Assembly: GCF_000012905.2 (NCBI RefSeq)
Contig: NC_007494.2
Coordinates: 660,001-692,000, forward strand
Source: Cereibacter sphaeroides 2.4.1
Lineage (GTDB): Bacteria > Pseudomonadota > Alphaproteobacteria > Rhodobacterales > Rhodobacteraceae
Length of the DNA: 32,000 nucleotides
Direction: 5' to 3'
In this document: piece after piece, positions 24,195 through 32,000 of the stretch
Numbering within the stretch: the first letter of the stretch is position 1
How the letters are laid out: each line of letters starts with the position of its first letter
The notes under the pieces: generated by a model
The model's input: only the letters and a program-made list of their open reading frames with translations
Databases searched by the model: none
What the model was told of the DNA's origin: nothing
Program-made: the position numbers and the translations under genes

Positions 24195-25532
24195 TCAGCC
24201 CGCCGCCAGATCCGCTCCGAGACCCGCCATCAGATCGATGAAGGCAGGGAAGGAGGTCGCGATAGGCGAGCCGTCGTCGACGGTCACCGGCGCCTCCGCC
24301 GCCATGCCGAGCACGAGGAAGCTCATGGCGATCCGGTGATCGAGATGGGTGGCGCAGGTGGCCCCGCCCGGCACCCGGCCCATGCCATGGACGATCAGCG
24401 TATCCTCGTCCTCCTCGATCCGCACGCCGCAGGCCTCAAGCCCCCGCGCCATCGCGTCGATCCGGTCGCTCTCCTTCACGCGCAGCTCCTTCACGCCGCG
24501 CATGATCGTCAAGCCCTCGGCAAAGGCCGCCACCACCGACAGGATCGGATATTCGTCGATCATCGAGGGCGCGCGCTCGGGCGGCACCTCCACGCCCTTG
24601 AGGGCCGAGGCCCGCACGCGCAGGTCGGCCACCGGCTCGCCGCCCTCCTCGCGCTCGTTCTCGAAGGCGATGTCTGCGCCCATCTCGAGCAGCGTCACAT
24701 AGAGCCCGTCCCGGGTGGGATTGCGGCTCACCCCCGGCACCAGGATCTCGGATCCCTCGACGATCAGCGCCGCGCAGACCGGAAAGGCCGCCGAGGACGG
24801 ATCGCGCGGAACCGCCACCGTCTGCGGCCGAAGCTCCGGCTGCCCGGTCAGGGTGATGACCTGCCCCTCGGGCCCCGTCTCGACGCTGAGTTCGGCGCCG
24901 AAGCCGCGCAGCATCCGCTCGGAATGGTCCCGCGTCGCCTCGCGCTCGATCACGACCGTCTGCCCGGGCGCGTTCAGCCCGGCCAGAAGAACCGCCGATT
25001 TCACCTGCGCCGAGGGCACCGGCACCGTATAGCGCACCGGCACCGGATCGGCGGCGCCCACGAGCGTCATCGGCAGCCGCCCGCCCTTGCGCCCGTAGGC
25101 GCGCGTGCCGAACAGAGCCAGCGGATCGGTCACCCGCCCCATGGGCCGCTTGCGGAGCGAGGCATCGCCGGTGAAGGTCGCGGTCAGCGGCGAGGTAGCC
25201 ATCGCCCCCATCACCAGCCGCACGCCGGTGCCGGAATTGCCGCAGTCGATCACCTCGGCGGGCTCGGTGAAGCCCCCCACGCCCACCCCATGCACCGACC
25301 AGGCGCCCGGCCCGTGCTGGATCACCTCGGCGCCGAAGGCGCGCATGGCCTTCGCGGTGTCGAGCACGTCCTGCCCCTCGAGAAGACCCGTGATCCGCGT
25401 CTCGCCCACCGCCATGGCGCCGAGGATCAGCGCGCGGTGGCTGATCGACTTGTCGCCGGGGATCTCGGCACGCCCCTTCAGCGGCCCCGAGCGGCGAGCG
25501 GTCATCGGTTGCGCGGGCCCGTGTCCGGACAT
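24195..25532 (-). CDS. aroA: 3-phosphoshikimate 1-carboxyvinyltransferase (EPSP synthase)
   Basis: 445 aa from [39 protein letters not shown] (SD GGAGGA); class II-like EPSPS motifs. Confidence 0.95.
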
Positions 25533-25748
25533 GATCTTCCTCCAGATTGACGGCGCGAGCCTTACCCAATGCGCCCGGTCCGGTCCAGCATCAAACCCGC
25601 CCGCAGGCACCGCGCACCACCCGACGACACAAGGCGCAGGGCCTACATGTGGACCGCACAAGCGCGGGGTGCCGATCCCACCATGCTCATGCAGCACGCG
25701 AGCAAAAGCACACAGATCACTGAGTTAAAAGTCTTTTTCTAAGGCCGC

Positions 25749-26474
25749 TCAGCCCTGTCGCCGGAAGGTCATGTAGTGCGGCACACGTCCCTCGCGGAGC
25801 GCCTTCTGTTCGTAGCGGGTCGAGAGCCAGTCCTCCCAGGCCTCGCCGCTCTCCGACACGAGATCGAAGCCGGCCTGCGGCACCTCCTCAAGCGTCTGGC
25901 GCACATAATCGGGGATGTCGGTCGCAACGCGGAACGTGGCCCCCGGCGCGAGCACGCGGGCCAGAGGGCCGAGATAGCCCTGCGTCACGAACCGGCGCCG
26001 GTGGTGGCGCTTCTTCGGCCAGGGATCGGGATAGTTGAGGAAGGCCTTCGAGACGGAGGCCTCCGGCAGCACGTCGAAGAGATCGCGCACATCGCCCGGG
26101 TGCACGAGGAGATTCTCCACGCCCGCCGCCCGGATCTTGCCGAGCAGCATCGCCACCCCGTTCACGAAGGGCTCGCAGCCGATCAGGCCGATCCCGGGAT
26201 TGCGCGCAGCCATATGGACCATGTGCTCGCCGCCGCCGAAGCCGATCTCGAGCCAGACCGGACGGCCGCCGAAGAGCGCGCCGAGATCGAGCGGGCGACG
26301 CTCGGGGTTCTCCTCGCGCGTGATGCCTTCGGGCCGCAGCCGGCCGAGATCCTCGGAGAGATAGACCTTCTGCGAGGGGCGCAGCGTCTTGCCCGACCGC
26401 CGGCCATAGAAGTTGCGCCAGGCGGGGCCGTCCGCCGCGCCGCGTAGGGATTCGGGGGCGTCGTCGTCACTCAT
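25749..26474 (-). CDS. trmB: tRNA (guanine46-N7)-methyltransferase
   Basis: 241 aa; LEIGFGGGEH SAM-binding motif and NYPDPWPKKRHHRRR motif. Confidence 0.9.
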   Translation of the reverse strand: MSDDDAPESLRGAADGPAWRNFYGRRSGKTLRPSQKVYLSEDLGRLRPEGITREENPERRPLDLGALFGGRPVWLEIGFGGGEHMVHMAARNPGIGLIGCEPFVNGVAMLLGKIRAAGVENLLVHPGDVRDLFDVLPEASVSKAFLNYPDPWPKKRHHRRRFVTQGYLGPLARVLAPGATFRVATDIPDYVRQTLEEVPQAGFDLVSESGEAWEDWLSTRYEQKALREGRVPHYMTFRRQG

Positions 26475-26617
26475 TTCGGCACCTTCTGCAGCCTCCGCCA
26501 GCCCCTAAACGCCCCCGCGCCACAGGTCAACCGCCCCCCGCGCAAGTTTTTGCCGCCTCGGGAACCGGGGGATGAGCGGCTTTCCGTTTCCTTACATTTC
26601 AGTGACTTGAGGGAGAT

Positions 26618-26655
26618 CCGGGGGCGCTGTTATCCGATAGCAGCCCCGGGTTTTT
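26618..26655 (+). terminator. Orphan intrinsic-terminator-like hairpin plus T5 in the leader of the 26740 gene
   Basis: CCGGGGGCGCTGTTATC-C-GATAGCAGCCCCGG followed by GTTTTT. There is no plus-strand CDS upstream, because trmB diverges. Confidence 0.45.
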
Positions 26656-26739
26656 GCCTGACACGCCGCTTCGACCCATGTTCCGGAGCAGCAGATACCA
26701 CCGCCCCTGCCGACCGGGGCGCGAACAACGGAGACAGAG

Positions 26740-27276
26740 ATGACCATCGACCTTCGCAAGACCGCCATCGCCGCGCTGGCCGCCCTCTCGCTGGTGCCCG
26801 CCGCCGCGGCGCCCGCCCATGCGCTCGGCAAGAAGGACAAGGCCTTCATCGCCGGCGCCGCCACCGCGGCCGTTGCGGGCGTGGTGATGCAGAACATGCG
26901 CGCCAACGGCCAGTGGCCCTTCGGTCAGCAGCAGCCCCGCTATGCGGCCCCGCCGGCCCAGCCGCAATATTACGTCCAGCCGCGGGCGACCTATGCCACC
27001 ACCGCCCCGCGTCAGGTCACCTACCAGCCCCGCTATGTGGCCCCGAGCGTCCATTCCACGCCCGCAGCCCAGGCCTTCCGCGAGCTCTCGCCCCAGATGC
27101 GGCGCGAGGTGCAGATCTCGCTCGCGCGCTACGGCTATTACTCGGGCTCCATCGACGGCGCCTGGGGGCCCGGCACCTCGGCCGCGGTCGATGCCTATGC
27201 CCGCGACAGCGGCCGCATCGGGCAGCTCGGCAGCGTCGCCGGCGCCTACGGCGTGATGGACAGCCTCGGGGGCTGA
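26740..27276 (+). CDS. Secreted protein with C-terminal peptidoglycan-binding (PG_binding_1) domain
   Basis: Signal peptide ...VPAAAAPAHA-LG, a Pro/Gln/Tyr-rich linker, then VQISLARYGYYSGSIDGAWGPGTSAAVDAYARD. Confidence 0.8.
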   Translation: MTIDLRKTAIAALAALSLVPAAAAPAHALGKKDKAFIAGAATAAVAGVVMQNMRANGQWPFGQQQPRYAAPPAQPQYYVQPRATYATTAPRQVTYQPRYVAPSVHSTPAAQAFRELSPQMRREVQISLARYGYYSGSIDGAWGPGTSAAVDAYARDSGRIGQLGSVAGAYGVMDSLGG

Positions 27277-27322
27277 ACCGGATTTCACGAAGCGCCTTTT
27301 CAGCAAGAGTTTCAGAACGACA

Positions 27323-27354
27323 GAAGCCCCGGCGATCCGCCGGGGCTTCATTTT
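27323..27354 (+). terminator. Rho-independent terminator (possibly bidirectional)
   Basis: 12-bp stem GAAGCCCCGGCG / CGCCGGGGCTTC, 3-nt loop, then ATTTT. It lies between convergent gene ends. Confidence 0.75.
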
Positions 27355-27405
27355 GTCTGTCAGAGGCAATCCGCCCTTATGCGGCAAGGACTTGCCGCCG
27401 GTTCC

Positions 27406-28572
27406 TCAGACGGCCTTCAGCAGGGCGTCGGTCAGGTCCGTCCGTTCCCACGAGAAGCCGCCGTCCGCTTCCGGCGCCCGGCCGAAGTGACCGTAGGCCG
27501 AGGTGCGGGCATAGATCGGCCGGCAGAGGTTCAGATGCTCGCGGATGCCGCGCGGCGTGAGGTCCATGCAGTCCGCCACGGCCTTCTCGATCTGCGCCGC
27601 ATCCACCTGGCCCGTGCCATGGGTGTCGACATAGATCGAGAGCGGCTTCGCCACGCCGATGGCATAGGAGACCTGCAGCGTGCAGCGCTCGGCGAGGCCC
27701 GCGGCCACGACGTTCTTGGCGAGGTAGCGCGCGGCATAGGCGGCCGAGCGGTCGACCTTGGTCGGATCCTTGCCCGAGAAGGCGCCGCCGCCGTGGGGCG
27801 CGGCCCCGCCGTAGGTGTCCACGATGATCTTGCGGCCCGTCAGGCCCGCATCCCCGTCCGGCCCGCCGATGACGAAGGTCCCGGTTGGGTTCACCCACCA
27901 TTCGGTCGCCTCGGTGATCCAGCCCTCGGGCAGCACTTCGCGGATGTAGGGCTCGACGATGGCGCGGATGTCGTCGGAGGTCTGCTCCTCATGGGCGTGC
28001 TGGGTCGAGAGCACGATCGAGCGCACCTCGACGGGCTTGCCGTTCTCGTAGCGCAGCGAGAGCTGCGACTTGGCGTCGGGACGCAGGTCGGGCTCCTGAC
28101 CCGATTTGCGCACCTCGGCCAGCCGGCGCAGGATCGCATGCGAATACTGGATCGGCGCCGGCATCAGCTCGGGCGTCTCGCGGCAGGCATAGCCGAACAT
28201 GATGCCTTGGTCGCCCGCGCCGTCCTTGTCGACGCCCTGCGCGATATGGGCCGACTGGCGGTGCAGGAAGTTCTGCACCTCGATGGTGCGCCAGTGGAAT
28301 TCCTGCTGCTCGTAGCCGATGTCCTTCACGCAATCGCGGACGATGCCGTCCACGCGCTCCATGAACTCGTCCAGCTTCTGGGGATCGGAGAGGCCGACTT
28401 CGCCTCCGACAACGACGCGGCCGGTCGTGGCGAAGGTTTCGCAGGCGACCCGGGCGGTGGGTTCCTCGGCCAGGAAGGTATCGAGGACGGCATCCGACAC
28501 GCGATCGCACAGCTTGTCGGGGTGACCTTCCGAGACGGACTCGGAAGTGAAGACGTAGTTCATGCGGGACAT
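27406..28572 (-). CDS. metK: S-adenosylmethionine synthase
   Basis: 388 aa from [31 protein letters not shown]; [10 protein letters not shown] and [16 protein letters not shown] motifs. Confidence 0.96.
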
Positions 28573-28578
28573 GGGAAG

Positions 28579-28625
28579 TGCTCCGTTGGGGTTAACCCCG
28601 TCACGCCAGGAAGCCGTTGTGACGG
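28579..28625 (-). promoter_or_regulatory. Probable SAM/SAH riboswitch in the metK leader
   Basis: Minus-strand RNA: CCGUCACAACGGCUUCCUGGCGUGACGGGGUUAACCCCAACGGAGCA. The P1 stem is CCGUCAC/GUGACGG. Loop GCUUC can pair with the 3' GGAGC, which contains the SD 9 nt before the AUG. The CACAACGGCUUCCUG core matches my recollection of the Rhodobacterales-specific SAM/SAH motif found upstream of metK. Confidence 0.7.
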
Positions 28626-28660
28626 TTGCCCTCCGCGCTACACCCCTGAGGGGAGGCGGG

Positions 28661-30148
28661 TCAAGCGCCCCGAGGCCTGCGCGTCGCCACAAGAAGCGCC
28701 GCGAGGGCGAGGAGGGCCACCAGAACCGGCAATTCTCCCAGACGGGAGAAGGGGGTAGCCGGAAAGGCCCCCGGCAGTGCGACATCTTTGTAGCCCGCCT
28801 CTCCGAGCGGCAGGTCGCTCAGGACGCGGCCGCGCGCATCGACCAGCGCCGAGATGCCGGTATTGGCCGACCGGACCAGAGGCAGGCCGAGCTCGATCGC
28901 GCGCAGCCGCGTCTGGGCCAGATGCTGGTAGGGGCCGTTGAAGGTGCCGAACCAGGCGTCGTTGGTGATCTGCAGGATCCAGTCGGGCCGCTCGGCAGTG
29001 CGCAGGTCCTGCGGGAAGACCGCCTCGTAGCAGATGAGCGGAAGGACCTTGCCGAGGCCCGGGCCGAGGTCGAGCACCTGCGGCCCGGGGCCTGCCGAAT
29101 AGCCGAACCCTTCCTGCGCCGCGAAGGCGCGCAGGCCGAAGAGCTCGAACATCAGATCCCCCATCGGGACATATTCGCCGAAGGGCGCCAGATGATGCTT
29201 GTCGTAGAGGCCCGCGATCTCGCCCGCGGGCCCCACGACCACGAGGCTGTTCCAGAAGCGCCAGCCCTCGCCGCGCTGGATGCCCGCGATGACCGGCGCG
29301 CCCCGCCCGGCGGCGGCGATCTCGGAGAGAAGCCCCGGCGCGCGGTCGAGGAGATAGGGCACCGAGGTCTCGGGCCAGATCACGAGGTCCGGTCGCGGAC
29401 CGTCGGACGTGAGCGTGAGGAGGCGCGAAAAATGGGTGGCGGCCAGATCGGGATCCCATTTCATGCGCTGCTCGGCATTGGGCTGCACGATCCGCAGCAC
29501 GGGGCCCGCGGGCGGCGGCTCGGGCAGCGACAGACGCCAGAGGCCGAAGCCCGCCATCGCCGCGAGAAGCGCCGCCGAGAGGCCGAGACCCCGCGCCCGT
29601 CCCGCGATGGGCAGGGCCGCGGCCAGCGCGGTGAGAAGCGTGAGGCCCGAGGGGCCGATGAGGCTCGCCACCTGCACGGGCCAGGCGCCGACCCAGATGT
29701 GGCCGATGAGCGCCCAGGGAAATCCCGTCAGTACATAGCCGCGGGCCAGTTCCGCCGCGCCCAGGGCCGTGGCGAAGGCGATGGGCCGCCGCCAGCCGGC
29801 GCCGAGATGGGCGAGCCAGCCCGCGAGCGCCCAGAAGAGCGCCAGACCGAAGGAGATCAGCACCAGCGCAAAGGGCGCCATCCAGCCGTAGGTCTCGGCG
29901 TCGATGAGGAAGGGCTCGACGATCCAGCTGAGCGCGGCGGCGAAATGCCCCGCGCCGCCGAAGAGCGCGAGGAGCGCGGCCTGCCTGCGGGTCGCGGCGC
30001 CGGCCACGATCCCGATCAGGGCGGCGAGGGCAGGCAGGGCCAGCCACCAGAGGCCGAAGGGCGCCTGCCCCGAGGCCAGAGCCACGCCCGCTCCGAAGGC
30101 AAGGGCGAGGCGCAGGGCCATGGGGTGGGTTCGAACGAGGGCGATCAT
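28661..30148 (-). CDS. lnt: Apolipoprotein N-acyltransferase
   Basis: 495 aa; multiple N-terminal TM helices and a CN-hydrolase domain ([17 protein letters not shown]). Confidence 0.9.
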
Positions 30149-30277
30149 GGCGGCTCCGGTGACACCGCCCGTGGGTGCCCCGGCGGACCTGCGCCGTCAA
30201 GGGCCGGCCGGTCGAGAGGCTGTGAACGAGGTCCGAACCGGGGAGAGCGGCGGGTGCGCCGGGACGGGTCGGGCCAC

Positions 30278-30328
30278 GGGGGGCTGTCTGCCCCCCGCAC
30301 CCCCCGAGGATATTTCAGCCAGAATGAA
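30278..30328 (-). repeat. Intergenic modular repeat, copy C (minimal form; head overlaps the corC stop)
   Basis: Minus-strand read: TTCATTCTGGCTGAAATATCCTCGGGGGGTGCGGGGGGCAGACAGCCCCCC. The embedded TGA is the corC stop codon. Confidence 0.8.
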
Positions 30329-31262
30329 GGGGCTGTTCGGCCGGCAGCGCGCGCCCCCCCACGGGCGCGGCGACGGCGCCCGGAAGACGGACGCGCAGCC
30401 GCTTGATCTTGCGCGCGTCGGCGTCGATCACCTCGAATTCGGCGCCGCTCTCGTGCGGGACGATCTCGCCGCGGACGGGCACGCGGCCGGTGCGCAGGAA
30501 GACGAGCCCGCCCAGCGTGTCGATCTCCTCGTCCTCCTCCTCGCGGCGGAGGCGCAGGCCGATCTCGGCCTCGAACTCGTCGAGCGGCGTGCGCGACTGC
30601 GCCATGTAGACGCCGGGTTTCTCGAGCGTCCAGAGCGGGCCCTCGACCTCGTCATGCTCGTCCTCGATCTCGCCGATCACGGTTTCGATCAGGTCCTCGA
30701 TGGTGACGAGCCCGTCGACCCCGCCATATTCGTCGATGACGAGCGCCATATGCACCCGCTCGCGCTGCATCTTCTGCAGAAGGACGCCGATCGGCATCGA
30801 GGGCGGCGCATAAAGGAGCGGCCGCAGCAGCGTCTTCAGATCGAAGCTGCCGTTGCCGTTGAACCCGTGCTGAAGCGCCAGATCCTTGAGCAGCACGAGG
30901 CCCAGCGGCTGGTCGAGCGTCTCGCGGTAGACCGGCAGGCGCGAGAATCCGTGCTCGCGGAACACCGCCACCAGATCCTCCTTGCCGATGTCCACCGGCA
31001 CGGCCACGATCTCGACCTTGGGAATCGCCACATCGTCCACCCGGAGGCGGCGCAGGTTGGCAATGCCGGGAAGGGTCAGGCTGCTCTGCGCGATGGCGAA
31101 GGCCCGGTCCTGCGGGGACAGGGCACCGCCTCCGGCCTCGGCGGGCGAGAAGGCGCTGAAAAGGCGGCCGAAAAGGCCTTTCGGTCCAGGCTCCGCCTGG
31201 TCGTCTTCCGTCTGGTCGGGCGCGCTCTGCGCTGCCATAGACCCGTCGCTGCTACTGTCCAT
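30315..31262 (-). CDS. corC: CBS-domain / CorC_HlyC transporter-associated protein (CorC/YbeX, hemolysin C-like)
   Basis: 315 aa; tandem CBS domains and a C-terminal transporter-associated domain, in the conserved phoH-ybeY-corC-lnt context. Confidence 0.88.
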   Translation of the reverse strand: MDSSSDGSMAAQSAPDQTEDDQAEPGPKGLFGRLFSAFSPAEAGGGALSPQDRAFAIAQSSLTLPGIANLRRLRVDDVAIPKVEIVAVPVDIGKEDLVAVFREHGFSRLPVYRETLDQPLGLVLLKDLALQHGFNGNGSFDLKTLLRPLLYAPPSMPIGVLLQKMQRERVHMALVIDEYGGVDGLVTIEDLIETVIGEIEDEHDEVEGPLWTLEKPGVYMAQSRTPLDEFEAEIGLRLRREEEDEEIDTLGGLVFLRTGRVPVRGEIVPHESGAEFEVIDADARKIKRLRVRLPGAVAAPVGGRALPAEQPLHSG

Positions 31263-31301
31263 CTGTCCTTTCCGAATGGCCGCGCCAGATCCGGCGCCGG
31301 A

Positions 31302-31805
31302 TCAATATGGGTCGGGCACCCCCAGCCCCGCAAGTATCCTTGTCTCGGTCGCCTCCATCAGGTCGCCGTCCGCCTCCTCGACATGGTCGTAGCCGAGAAG
31401 ATGCAGCACCCCATGCACCAGAAGATGGGTGACATGATCCGTCACGGGCTTGCCCTGCTCGGCCGCCTCGCGCTGGCAGGTCTCGAAGGCGATGGCTACG
31501 TCGCCGAGCGGCTCGGGATCCTCGGGATCGCCGGGTTCGGGCGGCTCGGGCGCCATGCCCGGCTCTTCGGAGGCGCGCTCTTCCGACGGCCAGGAGAGCA
31601 CGTTCGTGGGCTTGCCCTTCTGGCGGAAGGCGCCGTTCAGCTCGGCGATGCGCGCATCGTCGCAGCCCATTACGACGAGGGTGAAGCCCTCCGCCGGCAT
31701 GTCCAGCGCCGCGAGGGTGGCCTCGGCCGCACGGGTCGCGAGCGCGGGGAGGTCAAGCTCCTCCCAGCGCCCGTCTTCGATCACTGTCTCAACCAGAGGC
31801 TCCAT
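31302..31805 (-). CDS. ybeY: rRNA maturation endoribonuclease YbeY
   Basis: HLLVHGVLHLLGYDH zinc motif. The preferred start is MEPLVETV at 31805; the longer ORF overlaps phoH extensively. Confidence 0.88.
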   Translation of the reverse strand: MEPLVETVIEDGRWEELDLPALATRAAEATLAALDMPAEGFTLVVMGCDDARIAELNGAFRQKGKPTNVLSWPSEERASEEPGMAPEPPEPGDPEDPEPLGDVAIAFETCQREAAEQGKPVTDHVTHLLVHGVLHLLGYDHVEEADGDLMEATETRILAGLGVPDPY

Positions 31806-32000
31806 CTTCGGCCTCATACGCCTCGATGATGCGGGCCACAAGCGGGTGGCGCACCACATCCTTGGCCGTGAAGTAGTTGAACGAGACCCCGCGCACCGAC
31901 TTCAGCACCCGCTCGGCATCGGCGAGCCCCGAGGCGGTGCCCCGCGGCAGGTCGATCTGCGTGCGGTCGCCGGTGACGACCATGCGGCTGCCCTCGCCCA
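31789..32000 (-). CDS. phoH: PhoH-like ATPase (YbeZ), C-terminal part; 5' end outside the window
   Basis: ...VVTGDRTQIDLPRGTASGL.DAERVLKSVRGVSFNYFTAKDVVRHPLVARII.AYE is the conserved PhoH C-terminus. The frame stays open to the window edge. Confidence 0.85.
   Translation of the reverse strand, partial: GEGSRMVVTGDRTQIDLPRGTASGLADAERVLKSVRGVSFNYFTAKDVVRHPLVARIIEAYEAEDGASG

Noticed and set aside
25533-25748. The 216-nt aroA-trmB intergenic region as a possible tRNA or sRNA locus.
   Set aside because: There is no cloverleaf-compatible sequence, no strong hairpin and no terminator. It probably holds only the aroA promoter and the trmB 3' end.

Overview
High-GC (about 67-70%) alphaproteobacterial DNA. 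The 523-aa ammonia-lyase at 8571-10142 has the Ala149-Ser150-Gly151 MIO triad and the His89-Leu90 selectivity pair exactly where I remember them in Rhodobacter (Cereibacter) sphaeroides tyrosine ammonia-lyase. The window is therefore most likely R. sphaeroides; the trpF-GNAT-trpB arrangement fits what I recall of chromosome II. About three quarters of the window is housekeeping: GH25 muramidase, dimethylglycine/sarcosine-dehydrogenase-like enzyme, zur-znuCB/znuA, aldose epimerase, puuD-like urate hydroxylase, DUF2237, trpB-GNAT-trpF-lapA-ihfB, rpsA, cmk, aroA, trmB, a PG-binding protein, metK, and lnt-corC-ybeY-phoH. The accessory part is an ~8.5 kb gas-vesicle (gvp) locus at 8136-16621. It is one tightly translationally coupled minus-strand operon (gvpN, micro-ORF, gvpO, gvpJ, gvpH/Hsp20, gvpF, gvpG, orphan ORF, three more GvpF/L paralogues, a GvpS/M-like protein, gvpK). 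The operon ends in the tyrosine ammonia-lyase gene (tal), and a lone gvpA converges on it from the plus strand. I rate this physical coupling of p-coumarate synthesis (the photoactive-yellow-protein chromophore) to buoyancy genes as the most interesting system here. No pyp, pcl or regulator gene is present in the window. Other signals are a modular, oriented intergenic repeat family (5 copies), a probable SAM/SAH riboswitch in the metK leader, a Zur box, and an orphan terminator-like hairpin that may mark an sRNA or attenuator. All calls rest on reading the ORF translations and the sequence by eye; no searches were run.
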